From: Eledone cirrhosa
Taxonomy: Eukaryota
NCBI GenBank assembly: GCA_964016885.1
Contig: OZ024755.1
Coordinates: 18,910,001-18,974,000, forward strand
Direction: 5' to 3'
DNA length: 64,000 nucleotides
Under the pieces are notes generated by a model. That model worked only from the letters and a program-made list of their open reading frames with translations, did no database searches and had not been told where the DNA came from. A program made the position numbers and the translations under genes. How positions within the stretch are numbered: the first letter of the stretch is position 1; each line of letters opens with the position of its first letter. Positions 1 through 13,008 of this stretch are shown here, piece by piece.

Positions 1-237
1 GATGATGATGATATCATCATCGTTTAATGTCTATCTTCCACGCTAGCATGGGTATATATAGATATATATACTGAACATTTTTGTAATTATACATACTAGA
101 GATAAATTATTAAAAAATCATTCTTATCTTTAATCACTTCCATGTGTCAGTAATGAACATAAACAATAAGGTTATGGTTTCTTTTATGCAAACCATTAAT
201 TTATCAAAACATAAATTTTCCAGGTTGCATGATTGTT

Positions 238-998
238 CATCATCATCATCATCAACGTTTAACGTCCGTGTTCCACGCTTGCATGGGTTTGGACGGGGGT
301 TTTCCCACTTGAGGCAAGAGTGATTGTCTTGCTCGCATAGGACTATCTGTCGGGTTTTCTACAGCTGGATGCCCTTCCTAACACCAACCACATTTACAGT
401 GTGGGGCTGGGAGGTTTTTACCGTGTTGCCTACACGGCCACATTACAGCGTGGACTGTCTGGCAGGTTTTCTACAGCTGGATGCCCTTCCTAACACCAAC
501 CACATTTACAGTGTGGGGCTGGGAGGTTTTTACCGTGTTGCCTACACGGCCACATTACAGCGTGGACTGTCTGGCAGGTTTTCTACAGCTGGATGCCCTT
601 CCTAACACCAACCACACTTACAGTGTGGGGCTGGGAGGTTTTTACCGCGTTGCCTACACGGCCACATTACAGCGTGGACTGTCTGGCAGGTTTTCTACAG
701 CTGGATGCCCTTCCTAACACCAACCACATTTACAGTGTGGGGCTGGGAGGTTTTTACCGTGTTGCCTACACGGCCACATTACAGCGTGGACTGTGTCTAC
801 ACGATCTCATTTGTTTCGGCCTGGATGTTGTGGCACCAACATAACTTTACATTGAAGGGGCGGTGTGGATGGGGTGGGGGGTGGGGTGTATTTTGTTAGA
901 GATGTCTACTGGCTGTAGTAGGTTTTACTTTGTATTTATTTAGGTAAGGCGGGTCTTCTCTATTACTGAGTACCACCAAAGGTCTCGGTCCAGTGACA
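238..998 (-). mobile_element. RTE-clade LINE 3' end (last codons, 3' UTR, (GAT)n tail)
   Basis: 891-998 is nearly identical to 50376-50480, which adjoins an RTE C-terminal ORF; ends in catcatcatcatc-aacgtttaacgtcc...gcatggg tail motif. Confidence 0.8.
345..795. repeat. 112-bp tandem repeat, about 4 copies, inside the RTE 3' UTR
   Basis: atgcccttcctaacaccaacc recurs at 369, 481, 593, 705. Confidence 0.95.
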
Positions 999-1140
999 TA
1001 TATCTGGTAATCCTGGTGTATGTGGCATATCAAACATAGACAACACTATTGCTTTCAATTTTGATGGCAGGAGTTCACTAACCCTTATATAAAACTAACT
1101 GGTTACTAACTGTAAAAGAGTCACGGCTCGTCACTTTAAG

Positions 1141-1328
1141 ATAATTTGTTTCTACTTTTGGCACAAGGCCAGCAATTACCCAGTGTATTACTGGTACTTT
1201 ATTTTATCGACCCCGTAAGGATGAAAGGCAAAGTTAACCTCGGCGGGATTTGAACTCAGACTGTAAAGGGACGTAACTACGCTGGAAAGCATGTCTGACC
1301 CTCTACCAAAACTGCCAATTCACTGCCC
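1141..1328 (-). mobile_element. tRNA-derived SINE family A (Meta-domain-like)
   Basis: Pol III A box (TGGCAG..) and B box (GAGTTCAAATCC), central gcctttcatccttacggggtcgataaaataaagtaccag block, (ATT)n tail. Confidence 0.9.
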
Positions 1329-1454
1329 TTTTGCCAATCCATCACCCTAAAAATAATAATAATATTGGATTTTGTTATAATTTTATTTCTTGAATAAATT
1401 TTTATTTCTTGAATAAATTTTTATTTCTTACATAAATTTTTATTTCTTACATAA

Positions 1455-1648
1455 ATAATTGTTTCTACTTTTGGCACAAGGCCAGCAATTATCCCAGTGC
1501 ATTACTGGTACTTTATTTTATCGACCCCGTAAGGATGAAAGGCAAAGTTAACCTCAGCGGGATTTGAACTCAGAATGGCAAGGGCCGTAACTCTATGCCT
1601 CAAAGCATGGCGTCCGACCCTCTACCGATACTTTCAATCCACCGCCCT
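1455..1648 (-). mobile_element. SINE family A
   Basis: Full-length copy with the same boxes and central block. Confidence 0.9.
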
Positions 1649-1841
1649 AGTCACTTTGAGATAATGTTAGTTTTGTGAGTAACGAGGTAAGGGTTTATAT
1701 ACTTTAGTATATTCTGGGTAAAGTTACTTAACTATTTATGATCCAAATACATCAAACCACAGCTAAGTACTATAAGGAGGTATATTTTATTATTGTAGGG
1801 TGTTTTTTAGCATCATCTTAGGATTCTTTTAGCAGATTTAT

Positions 1842-1891
1842 ATGTGTTTGTGTGTTTGTGTGTGTTTGTGTGTTTGTGTGTTTGTGTGTTT

Positions 1892-1934
<43 letters not shown>

Positions 1935-1956
1935 TGTGTGTGTTTGTGTGTGCGTT

Positions 1957-2021
<65 letters not shown>

Positions 2022-2390
2022 AGCTATACAGCATACACATGTACCTTTATATGTATGGTTGCATATTATGTATGTGTGTAGCTATACAGCATACACATGT
2101 ACCTTTATATGTATGGTTGCATATTATGTATGTACATACATATATTATGTGTACATTTACATATGCACATACATATGTACATTATGCATGTGTACACTTA
2201 CACATGTATATACATATTTTATGTATGTGTACTTTTACCTATGTACATGTAGATATGTACATTATGTATGTATGTACATGTAGATATGTACATTATGTAT
2301 ATATGTACATGTAGATATGTATATTATGTAAGTATGTACATGTTGTATATGTACATTATGTATGTATGTACATTATGTATGTACATTATT
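1842..2390. repeat. (TG)n microsatellite followed by low-complexity TATG repeats
   Basis: Direct reading; includes a 58-bp duplication at 2021-2135. Confidence 0.95.
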
Positions 2391-2515
2391 TATGTAAGAA
2401 ATAAAAATTTATGTAAGAAATAAAAATTTATTCAAGAAATAAAAATTTATTCAAGAAATAAAATTATAACAAAATCCAATATTATTATTATTTTTAGGGT
2501 GATGGATTGGCAAAA

Positions 2516-2703
2516 GGGCGGTGAATTGGCAGTTTTGGTAGAGGGTCAGACATGCTTTCCAGCGTAGTTACGTCCCTTTACAGTCTGAGTTCAAATCCCG
2601 CCGAGGTTAACTTTGCCTTTCATCCTTACGGGGGTCGATAAAATAAAGTACCAGTAATACACTGGGTAATTGCTGGCCTTGTGCCAAAAGTAGAAACAAT
2701 TAT
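2516..2703 (+). mobile_element. SINE family A, near-exact inverted copy of 1141-1328
   Basis: Shares diagnostic variants (gcagttttggtag, gacatgctttccagcg) and 5' flank with the 1141 copy. Confidence 0.9.
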
Positions 2704-3361
2704 TTATGTACATTAAGATATGTAGATTATGTATGTAGGTAAATAGTGAATATATATACCAATTAGATTATAAGAGTATTTGAAATTGAAAGTTGGTGAG
2801 TCAACTAGTGGAATGTTCAGTCTCCCTTTAGTAATAACTATGTTAACAAAAATAGGATATTGAAAATAGAGACAGTTTAGTAGTGAAGTAACATATTCAG
2901 CTTATGTTGGTGGTGTCTTTTGAGATTGTACAGTATCTTCAGACAGACTGAAGAAACAGCAATTCATGTATAATCTGTGGTTTTTATGTGGTTAGGGAGC
3001 TACTGGGAATTGAAATAATGTCTTGCACTGCAGAAAAAAAAGTTCACTTACTTTAGCAAGTCAGAGTAATTGGGTTCTAGAACATAGTTAGATAAACAGT
3101 ATTATTACAACCTTACCTGTTTACAGGGATTTACAGTGGTACAGGTAATATATATATATATATATGTCACACTTGAAATACTTCTCTCTATAATTACACT
3201 ATTTTTGTTCTGTGAAAATTATAAAGGCTGAAGAAGGTTGCACTAACCAAGTTGATAAAGTACTGAACTGCCAACCAAAGTTTTGATGGTTCAAATCCCA
3301 TCACTGACACTGTACTGCACTCTAGTTAATTCTTTAACTGCCACTGCCACTACAGACAGCG

Positions 3362-3572
3362 ATTACACATTAAGTTTGGCATTATATATATATATATATT
3401 ACACATTAAGTTTGGCATTATATATATATATATTACACATTAAGTTTGGCATTATATATATATATATTACACATTAAGTTTGGCATTATATATATATATA
3501 TTACACATTAAGTTTGGCATTATATATATATATATATTACACATTAAGTTTGGCATTATATATATATATATA
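3362..3572. repeat. Minisatellite ttacacattaagtttggca+(TA)n, 6 copies
   Basis: Direct reading. Confidence 0.95.
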
Positions 3573-3896
3573 TGGAGGCACATGGCTTAGTGGTTAGAGC
3601 ATTGGGCTTGCAATCGAAAGGTTGTGAGTGTTGTTTCCTTGAGCAAGACACTTTATTTCACATTGCTCCAGTTTACTCAGCTGTAGAAATGAGATGATAG
3701 GGACTGGAGTCCCTATCATTCCATTGCAAAGTGGTCGTTGGAGGTGCCACGGCAAAAAAGCACCCAGCACTCGCTGTAAATGAGGTTGGTGTTAGGAAGG
3801 GCATCCAGCTGTACAAATCAAGCCAGAATCAGTTCCCGTCCCACCCTTGCAAACCGGGAAAAGCGGACGTAAAATGAAATGATGATGAATGAAATG
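3573..3896 (+). mobile_element. SINE family B: tRNA-like head, CORE-like domain, RTE-derived 3' tail
   Basis: ggaggcacatggcttagtggttagag head; tccttgagcaagacacttt domain; aggaagggcatccagctgta...ggacgtaaaatga tail shared with RTE 3' UTR at 238-400. Confidence 0.8.
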
Positions 3897-4016
3897 ATAG
3901 GGCTAGGAGGATCTTTCAGATTGTCGAAAGATATAACTTCACCTTTGCATTTGATAATGACTTTACGTAAGCAAAGTTGCTGGCCTTGTGCCTATAATAG
4001 AAATTAGTATTATTAC

Positions 4017-4646
4017 CGGTGGATTGGCAGTATCGGTAGAGAGTCGGACACCATGCTTTGAAGCATAGAGTTACGCCCCTTTACGATCTGAGTTCAAATC
4101 CCGTTGAGGTTAACTTTGCCTTTCATCCTTACGGAGTAAATAAAATAAAGTACCAGTAATGTACTGGGTAATTGCTGGCCTTGTGCCTAAAATAGAAACA
4201 ATTATTATTACATCCATATAATTTCTATATGTAGCAAGTTTGGGGGAGGGGAAAGTCGATTACATTGACCCCCAGTCATTATTTTATCGACCCCATAAGG
4301 ATGAAAGGCAAAGCTAACCTCAGTGGGATTTGAACTTGGAACGTAAAGGGCCATAACCCTATGCTTCAAAGCATGGTGTCTGATGCTCTACCGATAATGC
4401 CAATCCACCGCTCTACAGTATGCAGTAATAATAATTGTTTCTACTTTTGACAGAAGGCCAGTAATGTCCCCAGTGAATTACTGGTACTTTATTTTATAGA
4501 CCTTGTCTCAGCGGGATTTGAACTCTGAGTAATAATAATAATAATAATAATAATTGTTTCTACTTTTGGCACAAGACCAGCCATTATCCCAGTGTATTAC
4601 TGGTACTTTATTTTATCGACCCCATAAGGATGAAAAGCAAAGTTAA
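4017..4646. mobile_element. Cluster of four SINE A copies or fragments (4017-4208 +; 4228-4412, 4427-4530, 4550-4646 -)
   Basis: Central block and tail motifs repeated in both orientations. Confidence 0.85.
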
Positions 4647-5520
4647 TTTAATACATTTGCTAAGCAGATCAAAGCTTACTTTAATTAATCAGATAAAATG
4701 GATATTTTCAAAGCAGAATTTAATTTCTTTTTCTATTGTTTGTTTTTTTTTCTCTATGAATTGAGGAATTGAAAACAGAAACAATAAAACCAATGTGATT
4801 ATTAAGCTGAAACAAATTCTATGACAAATTTTTAAATGATTGATGACGTTTCCCTATATTTTCATTTATTAACAAATTCGAACAAACTGGAAATTCTTTG
4901 AAAGCAATCAAACTATTCCAATAAAAGAAAGAATGAATGTATGTATATGTGTGGTGGGTAGGGGGTAGGCATAATAAGAGATCATTTAAAGTGTACTGGA
5001 AAAGAGGAACATTAATAAAAATAGCTCTTGATTTTCTTGGATTTGGTATGTCTTGTGACTACTAGACTAGATGTAATTGAAATATTTACAATCAGAACTG
5101 GACGACTGTCTCTACTTTTGGAAATAATAACTCTATTATGTATAATAGCTACTGATTAAAATGTTCTCTTTAGGGCAACTAGCAGAAGGGAAAATTTTCC
5201 TTTCTTATTCACAATAAGAATCAATGAAATTCTACTTACATACAATATTACAAACGGTGTTATCATTTATCTTGTTCTTATTCCTAGTGTGAAATTAAAG
5301 CTCAAAATAGTCTTTAATATATTTTCGGTAACTGTGTTTTATTTAAAGTAGTTGAAGATATATCTTACCATCAAAGAGAACTATGAATATTTTATATCTT
5401 GTATATAAGCTACTCAACGTTGCTTATTTAAAACCCTCGATGAAACATTTTCAACATATCTCATCTAGAAGACATTAAAAAACTGTTTCTTTTTAAGCTT
5501 TGCTTTTAAATGTAAATAAA

Positions 5521-5781
5521 AATAATAATTGTTTCTACTTTTGGCACAAGGCCAGCAATTATGCCAGTGTATTACTGGTACTTTATTTTATCGATCCCGT
5601 AAGGATGAAAGGCAAAGTTAACCTCGGCGGGATTTGAACTCAGACCATAAAGGGCCGTAACCCTTTGCTGCAAAGCATGGCATCTGACCCTCTACCTATA
5701 CTTCCAATCCACCGCCCTTTTGCCAATCCATCCCCCTAAAAATAATAGTAATATTGGATTTTGTTATAATTTTATTTCTTG
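5521..5781 (-). mobile_element. SINE A with 5' extension shared with the 1141 and 2516 copies
   Basis: Extension ttttgccaatccatc..ccctaaaaataata..ggattttgttataattttatttcttga; flanked by aaatgtaaa(a)taaaaata direct repeat. Confidence 0.85.
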
Positions 5782-6466
5782 AAATGTAAAATAAAAATAT
5801 CAGCAAGTTTTGTGAAAGACATTTGAACATCTATAGCATTTTTCTGAATTTAATCACATATATACTATACAAATACAACTACAGTTGAAACATTTGATAA
5901 ATCTCGAAACACAACCAACTAGACTATACAAAAATAACTTAGGCTGATCCTACAACACAGAAGCAACATCTTCCATGAAGACCAGGGCCACACAAGGAGT
6001 ACTTTAATTAAGTAAAAGAATTGACATTAGAAAAAGTAATGGTTAGGACTTATAATATTATAGACTATAAATCAATTCAGAGTTATATAATAACATTACA
6101 AATACTGATGGAAATATGAAAGATAAAGAACATAAGTTCAACATTTTTTAAGAAGACAAGAGGAGGGGTCAGTTGGTATGAGCCTATTATCCTGAAAGGT
6201 GCCTTCTCATCTCAAGTTCTAGCTCTTTTATTCTGTATTGTTACTATTAAGTACATCATTGTACAATATATGTACATACAAATTATACATAAATCAGATG
6301 TATTTCGCACTGATTACTAAAATACCTAATGAGCAGTTTGAAATGAGGCCTAAATTTCACATTTGGCCTGGGTCTATTAATAGCTTTGAAAGACCTACAT
6401 TTTATAGGTTTGGGCCTATTACCAGTTTTGTACCAGCCTGGTTTCCAGCTATTATTATCTTAACCA

Positions 6467-6655
6467 AGTGAATTAACAGTATCGGAAGAGGGTCGGACAC
6501 CTTGCTTTCCAGCATAGTTACATCCCTTTACGGTCTGATTTCAAATTCCATCGAGGTTAACTTTGCCTTTCATCCTTACAGGGTTGATAAAATAAAGTAC
6601 CAGTAATGAACTGGGTAATTGCTGGCCTTGTGCCAAAAGTAGAAACAATTATTAT
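6467..6655 (+). mobile_element. SINE family A
   Basis: Boxes, central block and tail. Confidence 0.85.
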
Positions 6656-7406
6656 CAGCCTTTTTTTTATGTAATAGGGACCACATAATTCAATGTGTCC
6701 TCCTTCTTTCCAAGACATTCGGTTGTAAATTAGGGAAGAATTGGTTGCCATTTCTAGCAAATAAGGTGAATTCACATAGGCCCTTTCATTAGCATGTTGT
6801 GGGGGGAAACAAAGTTTTCAAAGTACATTGAAAGTATGTGTAATGTATGTCCAAGTGCTGAGAATGGAATACAAACAATAAGAAAGGAATATGGTAAGGA
6901 TGCTTTAATACAACATTGAATAGCTATTAATGGATTCCATTGAGATTTCATAAAGAAAGGAGAAGACTGTTGGAGACATTCATGTTTCATTAAACCATTC
7001 TAGAATTAGATAATAAGAACTGTCATGAAATATTTCCAACTTATTATATACTTAAGACTTTTACAATAAATTAGTTATTTATCTTGAATTAGATGGAGGA
7101 AGGATTGAAAATACTAAAAACATGATATACTAAATACATGCATACATACCAAAAGATCGTTAATTTGAATGTAAAAGAAAAAAAATGATACTAAATAAGA
7201 TTATTATTGAGAATATAATGATGAAAGAAAGAATAAATTATAAAAACCAAATCCCTATAAATTCCAAGAAAGTACAGCAAAGGAATCAATTGTTATTAGT
7301 AACTTATTGATTTATAATCTAATCTATTCAGAAAAAATAAATAATGACTCTAAAATATTGGCAGGAAAATGTAATAACATAAATACTTTAATCCAGTATA
7401 CAATTT

Positions 7407-7458
<52 letters not shown>

Positions 7459-7583
7459 TATATATATACATATATGAGAGATAGTGATGTGTAAATAAAC
7501 ATTTTTATAGCCTTGCTACGAATTTCAAAAGTGGTGAAATTCACCACTGATCTTGGCTAAACTTTAAGAGTCATTATTTTATA

Positions 7584-7686
7584 TCCCGCCGAGGTTAACT
7601 TTGCCTTTCTTCCTTACGGGGTCGATAAAATAAAGTACCAGTAATGTACTGGATAATTGCTGGCCTTGTGCCTAAAGTAGAAACAA
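7584..7686 (+). mobile_element. 5'-truncated SINE A with target-site duplication
   Basis: attattttatat on both sides. Confidence 0.85.
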
Positions 7687-7847
7687 TTATTTTATATGCT
7701 AAAGATCAGTGGGGAAATCCACCCCATCTAAAATTCATACTTACACATCACTACCTCTCATTAAAGCCCGTCAGCTTTTGCTCTGCATGCAAATAAGCTT
7801 CATCACCCAATGTTCATAAGAATAGATACTATAAGCTTTTAGCTTTT

Positions 7848-7891
<44 letters not shown>

Positions 7892-7964
7892 CACGAACAT
7901 AGTTTTGTTACAGTTTCTTAAAGAAACAGGATATTACTTTTGTCTTAGTATCCATGCGAAGTTA

Positions 7965-8010
7965 GCCCCTCTGAAGACAATTAATGAACCGGAAAGGGCT
8001 GTTAGGGTGC
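7965..8010 (+). ncRNA. Degenerate hammerhead-like motif in a (TA)n-flanked relic
   Basis: gcccct CTGAAGA ... GAAA gggctg TT agggtgc; helix I plausible, helices II and III broken. Confidence 0.35.
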
Positions 8011-8134
8011 TTTCTTTTGGTTGCTAAAGACCAGTGTGAAATTCATCATTTCTAAAATAGTAAAGCTGTAAAAATGTTTATTTATATAAACATTTCGTAT
8101 ATGATTCAATATACAACTCCAGTCATATATATAG

Positions 8135-8490
8135 ATGGTGGATGGATGCTACTTGAGGTTACTGAGGATGGCTCTGAACATTAATCAGTATGCATTGAGG
8201 ATGAAGAACTCAGAGCTGTACGGGAACCTCCCAAAAGTCAGCTTGAAAGAGACACAGAGAGGACTGAGGTTAGCTGGACATAGTCACCTACATTCCGAGT
8301 TCACACTGCACTCAATGGTCATGTGGGAGCTCCTACATGAAGACGAAGACTGAGGATGACATTTGTTGATGCCCTAAGGACAGACACTGGTCTCTAGGAG
8401 ATGTGGGACATAGCAGCGATGATGAAGGACAGAGACTGTTGGAGAGAGCTTGTCCATGGATCTCAGGAATTTTACCCGCCCTAGATGATT
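8135..8490 (+). pseudogene. RTE/RTE-X-like LINE ORF C-terminal fragment
   Basis: VDGCYLRLLRMALNI...NSELYGNLPKVS...LRLAGH..H....MVMWE, then frameshifted TFVDALRTDTGL and MMKDRDCWRELV. Confidence 0.8.
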
Positions 8491-8510
8491 TATATATATA
8501 TATATATATA

Positions 8511-8915
8511 TAGATATTATAAAGAAAACGAAAAATCAGTGATGCATCTGGACTTAGTTTATTTCGTGTTACAAATGTTTCACCTGCATGTAGCTTGAGT
8601 CATGGTCCTTGTATGGATCTGGCTGATTCTACTTCTGCGGGTTCTTTCAGACACGGGTGTTATGTCCTGAGCAAATTTGCTCTGGACATAACACCCATGT
8701 CTGAAAGAACCCGCAGAAGTAGAATCAGCCAGATCCATACAAGGACCATGACTCGAGCTACATGCCGGCGAAACATTTGTAACACGAAATAAACTAAGTC
8801 CAGATGCATCACTGATTTTTCATTTTCTTTATAATATCTACACTCTACTCTGATGAATATCGAGTGCTAATTTTGGCATACCGCCTACGGAAGCACCATA
8901 GCTACCACTATACAC
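8511..8915. mobile_element. Probable Penelope-like relic: 330-bp palindrome (8511-8840) plus unique tail
   Basis: Near-perfect inverted arms centred on gagcaaa|tttgctc (8675/8676); each arm has a hammerhead-like motif then AATAAA; (TA)n on both sides. Confidence 0.7.
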
Positions 8916-9964
8916 AAATATATATATATATATATATAATCATCATCATCATTTAACATCCATCTTCCCTGTTAGTAAGGATTACATGGATCTTCACAGG
9001 CCAAGCCAGTCCTTAGTCAGAGCTACTGACCTCTCAGATAGCCAGGGTGACTACGTAGTGTTTACATATGTTTTATTCTAGAGTGAGTGGTACTTAATTA
9101 CAGCTAGGTGGACTGGGAATCAAACATTTTGGCACTGTTGACAAGATATGAACAGCTAGTAACCTACTGATTTGATCATCTGCAGATATTAGCTGATGTG
9201 CATGAGATATATATATAGAGAGAGATCATATGTGAGTATATACGAACACACACACACACAATCTGCACACATGTTAATATACTTGTAACATTTATGTATG
9301 GAGGTTTATGGCCCTATTGACCTTATTTCATAAAGTACATTCTTGAAGAATATTGCCTTAAAAGTGGTAAGTGGTGTAATCTTGGAATAAACTCATAAAT
9401 TAATTATTTATATCTATCCAACATTTATATATTCTATTCTGTAGGGAGAACAGACAGGCTTGATAATTTGTTATTCTTTCATTTTCTGATATCTTTATCT
9501 CATTGACCTCCAACAATAACTACTTTACTGAAAAGATGTGTAATAAATTCATACAGCAAGGGGTGGGGGAATGAAGAAGGGGGAGGGGGGATGAATCTAT
9601 ATCAAAATATATAATAATTCAATGAATAATAATAGTAAAATATAGATGTTGTTCCCACTACAAAAACAATAGATTTATCTAATATACATATAAGATGCAA
9701 CCTTATAGGGGGCCAGGTAAACCTACATAGATGTGAGCTGTAAATTTCATTTTTTTTTTTCATATATATATATATATATATATATCCAAAATAAATTAAA
9801 TTAAATTAAATTAAGGGAGTCATGTCCGAGACATGCGCCATATCCACCATAGAATAAGCTCAAAGATTCCAATGAATAGATCCAAGCATTTTGTATCAAC
9901 TAAAAATTGATTGACATATATATATATATATATATTTAAAATAAACACACACACACACACACAT

Positions 9965-10164
9965 TTTTCATTTCATTTTTCATTTCATTTTACGTCCGCT
10001 TTTTCCCTGCTTGCAAGGGTGGGACGGGAACTGATTCTGACTTGATTTCTACAGCTGGATGCCCTTCCTAACACCAACCTCATTTACAGTGAGTGCCGGG
10101 TGCTTTTTTTGCCGTGGCACCTCCACGACCACTTTGCAGTGGAATGATATGGACCCCAGTCCCT

Positions 10165-10169
<5 letters not shown>
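9965..10169 (-). mobile_element. SINE B 3' half (RTE-type tail)
   Basis: Reverse complement of 3695-3890. Confidence 0.85.
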
Positions 10170-10200
<31 letters not shown>

Positions 10201-10399
10201 CAGCTATCTTTATGCTCTAGAACAGGGTCCATAATATTTTATATCATATTATAAGACATGAATGCAGGTTTTTTTAAGAATAAAACTTCACACAAGGTGT
10301 GTAAAATTATGTACCAGTGTCAAGTTTAATTTATGCTGTTTAGTCTTATGTAATTGTATTTTAATATAAATTTCACCTTTGTCAATTTTCAAATCTTTG

Positions 10400-10745
10400 A
10401 AGATATCAAAACACAATTTTTGCCAAATTTATTTCTATGAATTTAAACTTGGCTGCCATAAAACACTAATGAGTAGAAATGTCAATGAAGTTTGAGGCCA
10501 ATGAAGTGTTAGTAAATGCACAGTGCAACGTTGGTTTAAAAAGTCCATTGTGGTGAATTTACTCTTGAAGATAAGGGAGGTTGCTGACGTCTTCCTCCTG
10601 CCATTGACAATGATTAATTGTAGGATTTGGTGGAAGCAAATCCTCACATAACAGTTTGGGTGCTTGAAGGAAAGCTAGATGTAAACATTGGAATAATTTC
10701 TGAATATTTGAACCAAATTAGAAAGTTGAATAAGTTTGAAAAATC
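10400..10745 (+). pseudogene. Decayed mariner transposase N-terminus (Hsmar1/Mos1-like HTH region)
   Basis: YEFKLG...RNVNEV*GQ*SVSKCTVQRWFKK / FTLEDKGG..R / AIDND*L*DLVEANPHITV..L..KLDVNIGIISEYLNQIRKLNKFEK, with stops and frameshift. Confidence 0.85.
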
Positions 10746-11306
10746 ACATTACTATCTGTCTGAGGCATTAAATATACCTGGCTTGTCTGAAGCTTGTCTC
10801 TATTATACAGCATTCAAATAAATAAATTCAAATAAATAAGAAAAATTTCAAAGAATAAACCTTCTCTATTGACACCTAAATTACCAAACTACTTTTACAA
10901 AGCCTTTCTGGCTTAGTTGTCTTTCTGTCTTACTGTCTTTCTGGCTTAGTTGTCTTTCTGTCTTACTGTCTTTCTGGCTTAGTTAAACTCAGTCATGTAG
11001 TAGAACACTTTGTTAAACTTGACAGACAAGTTAACATTTATTCCATCAATGTCAGATTGCTGTGATAAATTATGATTTAGTCTCACATTAAAGATTTAGG
11101 TAAATCTGTATCATAATAGAGCTGACATTGAAGTTGCAGCTACTACTGTCATTTGAGGGAGTTTTAACAGATCTGATAGAGCGAACAAAACCTGGCAAAT
11201 ATTCGACATTTTTCATTAATATGAGATCAAACACATACACACACATATAGAAGCCTACATAAACATATTAATATATGATAAAATACACACACACACACAC
11301 ATATAT

Positions 11307-11656
11307 CATCATTTTCATCATCATCATTTCATTTTACGTCCACTTTTTCCCTGCTTGCAAGGGTGGGACGGGAACTGATTCTGGCTTGATTTCTACAGCT
11401 GGATGCCCTTCCTAATACCAACCTCATTTACAGTCAGTGCTGGATGCTTTTTTGTCGTAGCACCTACACGACCACTTTGCAGTGGAATGATATGGACCCC
11501 AGTCCCTATCATCTCATTTCTACAGCTGAGTAAACTGGAGCAATGTGAAATAAAGTGTCTTTCTCAAGGAAACAACACATCACCCGGTCTGAGAATTGAA
11601 CTCACAACCTTTCGATTGCAAGGCCAATGCTCTAACCACTAAGTCATGTGCCTCCA
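11307..11656 (-). mobile_element. Full-length SINE B
   Basis: Reverse complement of 3573-3896 with intact B-box region (gagttcaattctc). Confidence 0.85.
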
Positions 11657-11954
11657 GATATATATATAGAAGCCTACATGAACCTATTAATACAATATAA
11701 AACACGCACATGCATATATATAAGCCTACACAAACTTATTGATATATGTAACATGAATCAAGAGTTGATTGAATCTGTCTTATATAGATTAACAAAAGTT
11801 CAGTGACATATTTGAACAGTAAAGCCATTTAATATTAAAATAACAAAAGCAACAGTGTAACTGATATAGTAAAACATGAGACTAAGTGTTTTACACTAAT
11901 TAGATGTGTCTCTACATTCTGAGTTTAAATCTCATTGGAGTTGATTTTGTCTTC

Positions 11955-12185
11955 TAAAGTTAAAGTCTGTCACAAGCCTGAAGGTTAATCAGGTCGGTAC
12001 TTATCCCAGTTTCCATGGAAAGGACGTCAGTCTACCACAGGGTTAAATCCCCAACTATTACTGGTACTCATTTTCAGCTGAGTGTACTGAAGCAGCAACA
12101 TGAAATGAAGTGTTTTGCTCAAGAACACAACACACAACCCAGTCTAGGAATCGAACCAATGATATTATGATTATCAGTCCAATAC
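11955..12185 (-). mobile_element. SINE B variant with acagacttta tail
   Basis: CORE-like cttgagcaaaacacttcatttc; similar to 27702-27982. Confidence 0.7.
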
Positions 12186-12708
12186 ACATATGGTAACAAA
12201 GGGGTTAAGAATCTAACACGTCTTCCAAGATAACTATTTTTAACTAACACTATAAATAAAAATACATCTATAATCTTTAAATTATCATTTAAATTCAACA
12301 GATTGTCTTCATGACAATTCCAGACACCACAGAGATACATCCAGCAGCATACTATAATTAAATTCCCTCTATCAATTTAGAATGTGTCATAATGTAGGTT
12401 GTGTTTAATACATCCATATAAGTAAGAGTAATCTTCAAATAACATTACTCTTCTTCAATGCAATCACAACTGTTTGATCTTTTTCTTTTTAAACTTGAAT
12501 CAAGGGCAATAAACAATGAGATTTGTCTTATTTCCTAGAGTGATATTAGCATTATTATTCATAAATATTATTGTGGTGAGTCGAGGTAAAAAGAATCAAG
12601 CTTAATAAAATGCCAAAAGACTGGAATATTCACCAAATTTCAAGTTGTTAATCATTTAACGCAGCCAAAACTGGCTCTGGTTCTTTGGAACAAAACCACT
12701 CATTTGAA

Positions 12709-12943
12709 CCCTTTAGCATTTAAGCCAGCCATATCCGGCCAGAAGTCTCTCACTTCTTTCTGTTAAAACTGGCTGTAACTCTTCACTCATACTGATGTTA
12801 AGGTATTGTTCTCAAAATAAATAATACCAAAATCTCAGAGATTCGATATTATGTGATATAATTATGTAAAATAAAGTCTTTACTGTGAAAATACCATAGT
12901 ATATATATATATATATATATATAGTAATGTAAATGCTAAAGGG
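12709..12943 (+). mobile_element. MITE family 1, TIR CCCTTTAGCATTTA, TTAA flanks (piggyBac-like)
   Basis: ccctttagcattta ... taaatgctaaaggg|ttaa; at least 9 copies in the window. Confidence 0.85.
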
Positions 12944-13008
12944 TTAAAGGGTTCCTATTTAAATTAATATCTTCCAAAATAATTTTTTAAGAGAACCAAG
13001 AAATCCCA

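Noticed and set aside
324-899. Four overlapping MPFLTPTT ORFs
   Set aside because: Antisense translation of a tandemly repeated LINE 3' UTR
1813-2314. CV-, TH- and YI-rich ORFs here and at many (TA)n or (TG)n tracts
   Set aside because: Dinucleotide microsatellite translations
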